A stretch of DNA of 64,000 bases, taken from contig CAWJQU010000005.1 of assembly GCA_963845145.1 (NCBI GenBank), positions 128,001-192,000 of the forward strand, read 5' to 3'. Of this stretch, positions 50,661 to 59,625 are shown in pieces. Both the position numbers and the translations under genes were made by a program. The stretch comes from an uncultured delta proteobacterium. Its GTDB lineage: Bacteria; Desulfobacterota; Desulfobacteria; Desulfobacterales; QNYZ01. Every line of letters begins with the position of its first letter. Position 1 is the first letter of the stretch. Below the pieces are notes generated by a model. The model had not been told where the DNA came from and ran no database searches. It saw only the letters and a program-made list of their open reading frames with translations.

Positions 50661-51534
50661 AGAAATTTCTGGAGTGACGTTGGGTGGAAAGCCCGGCGAG
50701 CGTGCCTCGCTTCTGGTGGGCAGTATTTTTTACGACCGCCACAAGGTGGTGACGAATGCGGCCAAGGGCGAATTTGACCAAAAGGCAGCGGCCAAGCTGA
50801 TCGATCTGCAAAACCATTGGTCGAACCTTACCGGTAATCCCGCCTGTCTGGACGTCATTGCGTCCACTCCGGTCGCAATGGCGAAATACCTGGATTTTGT
50901 ATTGGAGCGCTTTAGCGGGCCTATCATGGTCGATGGTTCCGATGCCGAAGTGAAAATTTCCGGGATCGAGCATATGGCCGATCTTGGGTTGATCGAACGG
51001 GTCATATACAATAGCATCTCACCGGAGATCACACCTGCCGAATGGGAAGCCATTACCTCCTGCGGCGTCAAATCAGCAGTGGTGCTGGCTGTTGATTCGG
51101 CCGACTTCTCGGCCGCGGGCAAACTGGCCTTGCTGAAAGGTGAGAACGGACTGGTCGCTCAAGCCCATAAGGCCGGTGTTGAGAACCTGCTGGTTGACAC
51201 TGGTGTGATTGATCTGCCCTCGGTAGGCCTTATCCGTGAACTCATGACTGATATTAAGCAACTTGGCTGCCTGGTGGGGGCGGCTCCTCATAATGCTATG
51301 GGTACGTGGGGCGGTTTGAACGAAAAAATCGGTTCAAGCTTTAGGCCCGCTGCCACTGCGGTACTCAACGCGCTGCCCATAGCCTGGGGAGGCAATTTTG
51401 TGCTTTACGGGCCCTTGTTTCTGGCGCCTACCGTGTTTCCGGCCGTGGCCATGGCCGACACCGTTTTGGCCCAGTCCCTGATGGAGCAGATGATAGTCCC
51501 CGACCTCGATCATCCCATGTTCAGAATTGCATGA
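50650..51534 (+). CDS. MtrH/CmuB-family pterin (H4folate/H4MPT) methyltransferase
   Basis: GGKPGE...LVGSIFYDRHKVV...GEFD, IYNSI, APHN, GGNFVLYGP; ATG 50650 after GGAG. Confidence 0.88.
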   Translation: MSLKEISGVTLGGKPGERASLLVGSIFYDRHKVVTNAAKGEFDQKAAAKLIDLQNHWSNLTGNPACLDVIASTPVAMAKYLDFVLERFSGPIMVDGSDAEVKISGIEHMADLGLIERVIYNSISPEITPAEWEAITSCGVKSAVVLAVDSADFSAAGKLALLKGENGLVAQAHKAGVENLLVDTGVIDLPSVGLIRELMTDIKQLGCLVGAAPHNAMGTWGGLNEKIGSSFRPAATAVLNALPIAWGGNFVLYGPLFLAPTVFPAVAMADTVLAQSLMEQMIVPDLDHPMFRIA

Positions 51535-53117
51535 GCCAATCTAACTCAATCACTTTGTACCCTTTGGGACGACGTATTGACTTTAGCCCCGGTCAGAACC
51601 TTTATCAGGCCCTTACCAGGGCCGGGATCAGGATCACCCAGGCCTGTGGTGGGCGAGGCATCTGCGGTAAGTGTCGAATCCGCTACCTGAGCCCACCGCC
51701 ATTGCCTACCCAGGCCGATTTGAAGCATACCACCGGGGAACAGCGCCAAGACGGTCAGCGATTGGCCTGCACCCACACCCCTCTTCTCGGTTCCCACGTG
51801 GAGTTGTTGAGCAAAGCCACGCCTTTGCCTGCTAAATTAGAGCTGGGAATCGAGCATTTGCCAGTAGACCCCTGGCCTGGTCTCAATGAAGGTGATTTGG
51901 TCATGGCTCTGGACTTAGGCACCACCAATCTTGTGGGTCATTTGCTGGATCCGGTCAAAGGCCGCTTGCTGGGAGCCACTTCGTTGCTAAACAGCCAATC
52001 TATTTTTGGGGCGGACGTAATGAGCCGCCTTACCCTTGCCAGCCATGGCGGACCCGAAGCCCGCCGCGAGATGCAGCAACTGACTTTGGGAGATTTGGAA
52101 GCATTGGTTGCACCCTGGAACTTAGGCGAGGGAAATATTAAACATTTAGTCGGGGTAATGAACACCGCCATGGCGTCGATGCTCTTGAACTGGGACCCTG
52201 ACGAGCTGGGCCGTCATCCCTGCAGGGTCCAGCAGGAGGGGCCCATACACTATTCGCCGGCAGGGTTGAGCGGTGCCTTAGCCGGAGTGTCTATACACCT
52301 ACCATCTATGCTGGGTGGGTTTGTGGGCGCCGACACCACCAGCGCCCTGTGGGCCGCATTGGCCCAAGGCCCTCAACCGCCCTTTGCCTTACTCGATATA
52401 GGAACAAACGCTGAGGTAGCACTGGTAACTTCCGATGAAATCTTGTGCTGCTCTTGCGCTGCCGGTCCCGCATTTGAGGGCGCAGGCCTGTCGAGCGGCA
52501 TGCGGGCAGCCCCGGGAGCAATTGACCATGTCAAAATAGAACATGGACGGGTGCAGTTTTCAGTTATCGGCAAGACCGAGCCTAAGGGTATTACCGGGTC
52601 GGGTATCCTGAGCTTGATGGCGGCATTGTTGGAGGTAGGAGCCATGGACAACTTCGGTGCTCTGATTCCCGGGGTCCTGGAATCAGGTGTCGTGCAAACT
52701 GGGCCAGACGGCCGTTCGGTGCTGTTGTATCAAGGGGTAAGTGTAAGCGACCAGGATATCGAACAGATTATGCTGGCCAAAGCAGCCGCTGCAGCCGGCC
52801 TGGAAGTTTTATTTGAGAAAGCAGGCCTACACCCCAAAGAAATAACACAGCTCTTTCTCTGCGGCACCTTTGCCGGCCACCTGAAAGTCGAAGATGTCTT
52901 GACCATAGGTTTGGTTCCGACTGATTTTAGCCAACGTATTAGCAGCTTGGGCAATGCGGCTGCCTTAGGTGCAGCAATGATGGCTTGTTCACAGCGGGAT
53001 TTCGTGGAGGCTTCTCGCCTGGTCTCGCGTACCAAACACTTGAGTTTGTCCAACAGTGCCGGGTTCAAAGAATTTTTTGGATTCCATATGAAATTTAACC
53101 GGCAGGTTTCTATTTAA
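51531..53117 (+). CDS. ASKHA-type ATP-dependent reductive activator of corrinoid proteins (RACo/RamA-like) with [2Fe-2S]
   Basis: CGGRGICGKC...RLAC, DLGTT, GADVMSR, GGFVGAD, DIGTNAE, AAGPAFEG, GNAA. Confidence 0.92.
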   Translation: MSQSNSITLYPLGRRIDFSPGQNLYQALTRAGIRITQACGGRGICGKCRIRYLSPPPLPTQADLKHTTGEQRQDGQRLACTHTPLLGSHVELLSKATPLPAKLELGIEHLPVDPWPGLNEGDLVMALDLGTTNLVGHLLDPVKGRLLGATSLLNSQSIFGADVMSRLTLASHGGPEARREMQQLTLGDLEALVAPWNLGEGNIKHLVGVMNTAMASMLLNWDPDELGRHPCRVQQEGPIHYSPAGLSGALAGVSIHLPSMLGGFVGADTTSALWAALAQGPQPPFALLDIGTNAEVALVTSDEILCCSCAAGPAFEGAGLSSGMRAAPGAIDHVKIEHGRVQFSVIGKTEPKGITGSGILSLMAALLEVGAMDNFGALIPGVLESGVVQTGPDGRSVLLYQGVSVSDQDIEQIMLAKAAAAAGLEVLFEKAGLHPKEITQLFLCGTFAGHLKVEDVLTIGLVPTDFSQRISSLGNAAALGAAMMACSQRDFVEASRLVSRTKHLSLSNSAGFKEFFGFHMKFNRQVSI

Positions 53118-53123
53118 GGACGT

Positions 53124-53420
53124 ATGACCATGATTCACCGCACCCCATCAAATCTCAGTAAGCCTCGGCCACTCTTGCCAAACAGTGTGCGGCGGTTTTT
53201 TTCCTGTTTTTTAAAACCTGAAACAATCTGCAAGTCGATCAAAGTTGCCTTGGTTGTGGGACCTATCCTGATTTCCATCAACCACATCGACACCGTGATT
53301 CGTGGGCAGGTTGATCTGTACTGTGCAGTAAAAATGGCCCTGACGTTCATGGTCCCCTTTTGTGTTTCAGGGTATGCCACTGCAACGACCATGATGGCCC
53401 AGAGCGGCCAAAATAATTAG
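53124..53420 (+). CDS. Small two-TM membrane protein, NrtS-like
   Basis: SIKVALVVGPILISINH...KMALTFMVPFCVS pattern recalled for the NrtS family; 6 nt after the activator gene. Confidence 0.7.
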   Translation: MTMIHRTPSNLSKPRPLLPNSVRRFFSCFLKPETICKSIKVALVVGPILISINHIDTVIRGQVDLYCAVKMALTFMVPFCVSGYATATTMMAQSGQNN

Positions 53421-53634
53421 CCCCATACCGCACACCTCTCAGTCAAATAGGCACTTACCGCTCTAAGCCCCCAAAAGACTGGAATCATTTCCAGGCAGCC
53501 CATCCAGGCCAAGACCGGGGTAATTCACCAGCAGGATCAGCCGCTTTATAGGGAATAAATATCATTTCATACTCACGGCTGCTTTTCGGTTGTTTTAACA
53601 AATTTCCCTTTCGTAAATAATATTTAGTGCGATT

Positions 53635-54513
53635 TTACATGCATTTCCTGACAAGTTCCATGAAATTTCGAAGTACTTTCGAAATCCTTCTATCTTTATG
53701 CCAAATCATGAGAACGGATACATCCAAATCACGCATCCATTTTAATTCAATAAGCTGTTCACTATGGATTTCTTTTTGAATAGATTTTGCTGGAAGAACG
53801 GCTATACCGATTCCATTTATGACACATTTTTTAATTGCTTCGATACTTGTCAATTCTACTATTGAAGATGGTTTTGTAATATCTGTGTTTATCAATTGTC
53901 TGAAAATTAAACCATGGCCGCAACCTGCTTTGGGCAAGAATACCGTTTGAGAATGTAAATCAGTTGCGTCGACGACTTTCTTATCGGCGATTGGATTTGT
54001 AGGGCTCGAAACAACGACTAGCTTTTCCGTTAATATTTTTTCTGAGTTTAAGTTTATGGAATCAAAGGATTCAGAAAATATAAACGCCAGATCCACTGAT
54101 TCAGTTCGTAATTCATTTTCAAGGCCGCTTTGAGAGCAATTGCTGATATCAAAGTTTATTGTTGGGAAAGAAATTAAAAATTTTTGTATTAGCGTTGGAA
54201 AATAGTTTACAGCAATGGCTTCCGGTACCATTAGCCGGATGGTCCCCACGGGATTCTTTTTGTTAGATATCTCAGCCAGCGCCTCTTCCTCAATAGAAAG
54301 CAACTTATTCGCATAAACCAACATTTTTTCTCCAGCCTCTGTTAAAACAACCCTCTTTTTAATTCTTTTAAACAGAAGCTCGCCAATTTCTTCTTCAAGA
54401 GATTTGATTTGGGCTGATATCGTTGATTGCGCACAGTTTAGGACGCTAGCGGCTTTGTTAAAATTTAAGAACACCCCCACAGTTCTGAATGTTTTAAGCT
54501 TATGTAAATCCAT
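53635..54513 (-). CDS. LysR-family transcription regulator
   Basis: LKTF...NFNKAASVLNCAQSTISAQIKSLEEEIG...LTEAG; substrate-binding domain; visibly AT-rich. Confidence 0.95.
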   Translation of the reverse strand: MDLHKLKTFRTVGVFLNFNKAASVLNCAQSTISAQIKSLEEEIGELLFKRIKKRVVLTEAGEKMLVYANKLLSIEEEALAEISNKKNPVGTIRLMVPEAIAVNYFPTLIQKFLISFPTINFDISNCSQSGLENELRTESVDLAFIFSESFDSINLNSEKILTEKLVVVSSPTNPIADKKVVDATDLHSQTVFLPKAGCGHGLIFRQLINTDITKPSSIVELTSIEAIKKCVINGIGIAVLPAKSIQKEIHSEQLIELKWMRDLDVSVLMIWHKDRRISKVLRNFMELVRKCM

Positions 54514-54524
54514 TGGCTCTCATT

Positions 54525-54545
54525 TTAATCGTATTTTACGATTAA
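54525..54545. promoter_or_regulatory. LysR recognition box
   Basis: TTAATCGTA-TTT-TACGATTAA perfect IR containing T-N11-A, in the divergent intergenic gap. Confidence 0.7.
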
Positions 54546-54660
54546 TTTTATCAAAATATTTCGTTGGACACAAGATTAAATATATTTAATTATGATTACA
54601 GATAGTAAATACAATAAACTTAATTCATATTTTAGATTAAATGTGCCTTTGGAATGTTCA

Positions 54661-55230
54661 ATGATAGATATCATGCTTCAAATATGGGGCGGTTTTTTTT
54701 ATCTGCTCAATAAAATATTTTTTTCAAGAGCTGAAAGAAGCAAAAGCGAGCAGCTCAAGAAAAATTGGCGCATACGGTCTTGGTTGGTTTATATGGCTGG
54801 TTTACCCGCGTGGGTTATTGTTTTTGTTTCTGAGTATAACTGGATTGCAGCTGCTGTAGAATCAGGCGGCGCCCCTGCCATGTTGATTGGGCTAATTATT
54901 GCCCGGAGAGGGCATGGGAAAGAACCCAAGTGGCTTGCAAATATAGCCCGATTTTCAGTTGTATTTGGTTTGGCCCTTAGCCTTTACCAACATGGTGGTG
55001 TTAAAACAGTCACCCAATTGCTTGAATTGGGTATAGCTGCCGGGTTTCTTATGGGAACCTACATGATGGCAAAGGATAAAATACAGGGATATTTTTGGTT
55101 AATGTTGGGAAACGTTAGCTGCGCATCGCTGATGGGCATCGAGGGGTATTTGATACTGATGGTTCAGCAAATGGTATCCCTGATATTCGTTACCGATGCG
55201 TACCTGGCACGCAGGAAAATTTCCATGTAG
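54661..55230 (+). CDS. Integral membrane protein with internal duplication (PnuC-like, uncertain)
   Basis: About six hydrophobic segments; divergent from LysR; start uncertain (54592, 54661 or 54673). Confidence 0.65.
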   Translation: MIDIMLQIWGGFFYLLNKIFFSRAERSKSEQLKKNWRIRSWLVYMAGLPAWVIVFVSEYNWIAAAVESGGAPAMLIGLIIARRGHGKEPKWLANIARFSVVFGLALSLYQHGGVKTVTQLLELGIAAGFLMGTYMMAKDKIQGYFWLMLGNVSCASLMGIEGYLILMVQQMVSLIFVTDAYLARRKISM

Positions 55231-55452
55231 GGGCCGGCATAATCATAAAATTTATGGACTTGTGACGACTGCTTCTATGTACAAAACGCCCTGTGAAAAA
55301 ATGATCGGCTACAACATTGAGGGTGAAGGCTTCCGGAGATTCATTGACTTTCAATTTTCTTTCACGGGAAACAACGAACACGGACACCTTGTGTTTCTCC
55401 AGCGATGATAAAGATATCAATGTTGCATAGTGGCAGGTTTGAGTCACACCAT

Positions 55453-55494
55453 TTGACACATATTTTTTGCATGGTTATGTTAATTTTAACATAA
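55453..55494 (+). promoter_or_regulatory. Sigma-70 promoter with a perfect palindromic operator over the -10
   Basis: TTGACA (55453)-17 nt-TATGTT; TTATGTTAA-TT-TTAACATAA at 55475-55494. Confidence 0.6.
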
Positions 55495-55542
55495 GGGCTT
55501 TATCGCCCTAAAAGCCAAGATACTCTGAAAAGGAAAATCATC

Positions 55543-56058
55543 ATGAAAAGTATTAAAAATATAGCCGTTAGGCGCCTCCTGCCCTTTCTATTAACCGTAC
55601 TTCTTTTAACCTTTGCAGGCGCTCCAGCCATCGCTGGCGATTACGCTGCTCTAAAGGGCGTCAATGGAGTCAACACTGTTTTTGATGTGAGCCAACAATC
55701 ACCAAAAGTAGCCAACCTCGTTTTTTGGGCAGTAAGAGATGTGTACCAGAATCAATCCGTACGCGCACTTTCGAACCCACCGCGCACGGTTGTCGTCTTT
55801 CACGGCCCTGCAGTAAAACTCATTTCCACCGAAAGAAAGTGGTTCAAACCAGAGGAAGTGGCGGAAGTTGATAAGTTTGCAGATACGATCAAAGAGATGA
55901 AAAAGGATGGTGTAACGTTTGAGATTTGCGATTATGCCGCAAAGGTTATGGGGGTTGATCCTGCTACAATTCTACCCGAAATCGACCATGTGGACAACGG
56001 ATTTGTTTCTGTCGCCGGATATCAAGCCCAAGGATACTCTGTAGTGAGGATACCATAG
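55543..56058 (+). CDS. Exported DsrE-family protein
   Basis: Signal peptide, VFDV, VVFHGPAV, GVTFEIC, YQAQGY. Confidence 0.8.
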   Translation: MKSIKNIAVRRLLPFLLTVLLLTFAGAPAIAGDYAALKGVNGVNTVFDVSQQSPKVANLVFWAVRDVYQNQSVRALSNPPRTVVVFHGPAVKLISTERKWFKPEEVAEVDKFADTIKEMKKDGVTFEICDYAAKVMGVDPATILPEIDHVDNGFVSVAGYQAQGYSVVRIP

Positions 56059-56261
56059 ATTACCTTACTAAAACGCGCCAAGGGCCAAGATGGGATATGC
56101 TTGAGAATAACCTGTCACACACGCTGCTTACGATCCGCCCGTATCCCTACTGACTTTTGTACTGACCATAGCAACCGTATCGATTGCATATTGGGCGGGT
56201 TGTATCGCGCAATATATTAGAGGCTTACCAGTATAAATATTTTTATGCGGGGATAAAAAAC

Positions 56262-56762
56262 CTATTTCCGAAACCTCTGGACTTCAAAATCATCACCTTT
56301 GGGGGTTATTAAATCCACCACCACCTCTATGCCCCCGAAGCCATCAACAATGTCATGGGCCCGAACCCGTACTTTTTGAATATCAGTCGGAATCTTTAAC
56401 CCATTTTGACTACGGGTGAAGGGTTGTTCGGTTTCATGGGGATGCCATAGCACGCGGGTAAATTTGTCTTTGGGATTCGTTTTGAGGACGGTGTTATCGG
56501 GTAAGACCACGTCCCAACCGTTGGCGTAGTCTTTCCATCCGGTATCCGGATGGGAAACGGTTACATGAAAGGTCCAGACACCTTTTTCGGTTTCCACGGC
56601 CCGCACAAAGATGACATCGGCATTTCCATTGAATAATGCGGAAGAGCCGGCGTTAGTTAGGACAATGACCATGGGAATGACGAGCGCCACCCGTCTTAAG
56701 TACTTCGCCATAGTGGAAAGATCTTCTTTGATAGGATAAATATGTTTGGGGCGATTTTTCAT
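56262..56762 (-). CDS. Exported hypothetical protein, copy A (start may be 56711)
   Basis: Signal peptide; VTVSHPDTGW, HPHETEQPFTRS, VRAHD; mature part nearly identical to 59626-60075. Confidence 0.8.
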   Translation of the reverse strand: MKNRPKHIYPIKEDLSTMAKYLRRVALVIPMVIVLTNAGSSALFNGNADVIFVRAVETEKGVWTFHVTVSHPDTGWKDYANGWDVVLPDNTVLKTNPKDKFTRVLWHPHETEQPFTRSQNGLKIPTDIQKVRVRAHDIVDGFGGIEVVVDLITPKGDDFEVQRFRK

Positions 56763-56831
56763 TCAAATTCTGATAAATCGCCCCAAACAAAACATTGCGA
56801 TGCTCTGAAACAAGCTTAAACTTGCTTGAGG

Positions 56832-56969
56832 TTAGGCAGCCTTGGACTCTAACGCGTTCGCCTTTTTATCGGCCGTATACAGTCGTTGGGCGGCTTCACG
56901 TTTTTTGGAGATACTCACATCCGACGCTTCCACAAACTCAACCGCATGAACCTCGCAAAAACGAACACA
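56832..56969 (-). pseudogene. 138-bp duplicated 3' end of the AOR-associated ferredoxin gene
   Basis: Matches 60339-60476 except two positions (stop TAA vs TGA, one synonymous change). Confidence 0.92.
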
Positions 56970-57013
56970 GTCGTATTTGATGTGATTGAATGTTCCATAT
57001 TGACCTCCTATCT

Positions 57014-57073
57014 GGATAACGCCAAGATAGGTGGGCACGGTTGTTTGTGCGCCGCTTGAGCGACAGGTTAGCC
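57014..57073 (-). mobile_element. attC: Integron attC site (60 bp)
   Basis: Minus strand GGCTAAC-CTGTCG-CTCAAGCGGCGCAC...GTGCCCACCTATCTTGGC-GTTATCC; TAAC...GTTA ends, imperfect hairpin, 9 nt after the cassette gene stop. Confidence 0.85.
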
Positions 57074-57082
57074 TTCGGTGGC

Positions 57083-58178
57083 CTAAACTTTTTTGAGCTT
57101 CCATCTTCCGAAATATCGAAGGGATGAATAAAAAAGTATCGTAAAAAATGTTATCGCCATAGCCAACATCACTATAAACCGCTTTGAAAAAATAAATACA
57201 GAATCGAAAAAAGGCGTCAAATAAATTAGGATCTGTTCTTTCTGATGTAGGCGCAGTGGTAACCCGGGAGCCATAAAAGTTTCTGACAAACTAAGATCAA
57301 CAGCACCATCTTTCACCTTTAACATTTCCAGATGAACTTTTTTAATCCAGTCTACGCTGAATTGTTGCAAACCGTGAGCGCCGAAAAAATGATAATTTTC
57401 TTTTGTTTTTGCTAGCAGAGCATCAATGGCTTCAACATAGACAGCGATGTCACTTCCCGGTAAAAATATTACAAAGCCCCCTAGATGCTGATACATGAAA
57501 TCGCCAGTAAACACATAGCCATTTTTATGATCCACCAGCGTCAACGATTCAAAAGTGTGTCCTGGTGTGTTTAAAACCTGAATTTTCCTATTTCCAAGAT
57601 TTAAGTATTCATTCGGTTTTATCCAATCCAAAATTCTAATATCTCTTGCCCGAATCACTGTTTCAAGTGACAGAGACACGCACAGAAGGAGGGGCACCAT
57701 TATTAGACTCCGGATCTTGAATTCGCGAACGCAAATAAGGCAGGTCAATCATGAGAATACCCTCAAACGCTTCCAGATCCCCGATATGATCCACATGGAA
57801 ATGGGACAACATTAGAGTGACGGACTTGTCAGTCAAGCTTTCCGCCATCTCTCTCATTGTTGGAATATTCTCAGGACGTTCTCCGGCCCCAGCGTCAAGA
57901 AGAATAGCCTTGTTACTTCCAATAATCAAAAAAGATGAATTATATTGAGATGCTCGCGGTTCTCCAATGATGTATGTGTTTTCATCTATCGCTTCAACGG
58001 CATACCATTCATCCACATACTTCGCCTGATCGCTCCAGGGATCTCCAATTTTTATATCATTAAAAACATCTCTGTTTGTATACGGCGACTCGGCAACGAT
58101 TGATGCTACCAATAGTGGCATTGAAATGGTTACCAACGCAAAAAAGGCTGCGAGCGCAATATGTCTTTTTTTCTTCAC
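57083..58178 (-). pseudogene. Gene cassette: membrane-anchored MBL-fold metallo-hydrolase, frameshifted near 57670
   Basis: LLDAG, SHFHVDHIG in ORF 57663-58265; TPGHT, FTGD, GAHG and C-terminal TM in ORF 57083-57748; GTG 58178 is the first start inside the cassette. Confidence 0.8.
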
Positions 58179-58199
58179 TGAATAAAAATAAATTTGTGA

Positions 58200-58287
58200 G
58201 GCTAACTCCCGGCGTGAGCAGCGCCGCTGATACATTTCTAATTTCGTCAGCAATTTGCTTGGCATCTGCTCTACGCAGATGTTATGT
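58200..58287 (-). mobile_element. attC: Integron attC site (88 bp)
   Basis: Minus strand ACATAAC-ATCTG-CGTAGAGCAGATGCC...GGCGCTGCTCACGCC-GGGA-GTTAGCC. Confidence 0.85.
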
Positions 58288-58628
58288 GAAATACTAATTT
58301 ATTATCTGTTATTGAATGTTCAACGATGACTCGAATAATCAACGGTATCTTTAATATCGCGAACCTTTCAATGATTCTAAAGCATCCTGATATACTTTTT
58401 AATTTCAAATTTAGATCCTGAATTTCGATTCAACTTGAGAAAAGCAATGCCATATTATAAAAATCATGCTCTCTTTAATTGAGGCATCCAATTTCCTGCT
58501 CTAAATATCAAGTTTATTTGAGTTTTCAAATTTGCTTTGTTTGTATTATTTAAAAAGTACCCATTGTAAAGATTGATGGGCAAAGCAACTTTCTTTTAGA
58601 GTTTTAAAAATTTCTCATTCATCGCAAA
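58288..58628 (-). pseudogene. First gene cassette, AT-rich, ORF disrupted and unidentifiable
   Basis: Bounded by GTTATGT (58635-58629) and the complementary ACATAAC of the attC; ATG shortly after the core site but early stops. Confidence 0.5.
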
Positions 58629-58650
58629 ACATAACATTAATATTATCAAG
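58629..58650 (-). mobile_element. attI: Putative attI site
   Basis: Minus strand CTTGATAATATTAAT-GTTATGT; core site with no attC hairpin, between the first cassette and the divergent integrase relic. Confidence 0.6.
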
Positions 58651-58890
58651 TAAGGCTCACTTTCGTTCCAGCAAGCCAAGGTTCCCGTCTCACCGAACCA
58701 TAGCCAAGAAAAACGGTTAAAAACAAGAAAACCACGATAATTATCTAAAATATTAAATAGAATAGGTCCACATTGTAGGTATCACCTCCCCACTTTTCAT
58801 TTTGCTGAAAAGTGGCTAGAATTTATGTGCCATATAGGGGTGTTATCTAAGATCGGACTCACTTTTATTCCTACCAAAGGAGGTGACGCT

Positions 58891-59480
58891 ATGAATAGTT
58901 TTAGCAAACTAATTGTTTAGTAAAGGTATATCCACAGAAAAGAAAGATGTTTATTATCACAATGTGGGCTAACAAAATACCTGAGATTTCAAGATAATCA
59001 AGCGTCAGAAAATGATGTCCTGAATGATGATATCAATTAATTTATGAGCTGGTTAAGAAATAATTATTCAGATTGAGCAGATTCGAACAGGCAAAAGAGA
59101 CTTTACAAAGATATTTTTTTGTTTTCAAAAATCAGGACTTAGCAAATTCCGACCATACAATACAGGATACACAGAATCAGAATTGGAAACGGGTCGCAGA
59201 TCAAGAGAATGACGCGAATACTAGCGGCTCAACAACAACGCTCGCTATAAACCGAGAAAGATCTACTTGTCATGGCTGCAGCATTTTTATCGATTCTCTT
59301 CAAACATGTAGCATAGCACCTATCTGCTGGATGGAAGTATCAAGTGGAAGATGTCTCGTGACTAACCCTACTAGCTGCCAAAAAGGCGCATTACGCGTCA
59401 CATTCAAAAGAGGACCCAGGCTTTGAACGCAATGGTGTTCTTTATTTAGCGCATCTGAAATCAGTGTTATATCGATATAG
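58891..59480 (+). pseudogene. intI: Degraded and truncated integron integrase (N-terminal SAM-like part only)
   Basis: AGGAGG then ATG 58891; across shifting frames: NYSDW/Q.EQAKETLQRY, WKRV, MTRIL/RL/QRSL*TEK/YLSWLQHFYRF, QALNAMVFF; no catalytic domain follows. Confidence 0.72.
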
Positions 59481-59625
59481 CGAGTTCGGAAAATTATTTA
59501 AAGTCAAGGGCTGTTATTTTTCAGTCCTATGGAAACATGAAATAAGATAATGGAAGTCTTTGAGATTGGAATATTATAAAGGCACATATATAGAAGACAT
59601 TTACATACGGGAAAAAAGTGGAATG

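Noticed and set aside
56832..57104. 90-aa ORF as a real ferredoxin-like gene
   Set aside because: Chance read-through across an attC and a cassette stub into the duplicated ferredoxin 3' end
57663..57665. Selenocysteine readthrough at the TGA in the MBL gene
   Set aside because: The continuation is in a different frame, so readthrough would not restore the protein
59073..59426. 117-aa ORF as an independent gene
   Set aside because: It is one frame segment of the degraded integrase and leaves the homologous frame partway
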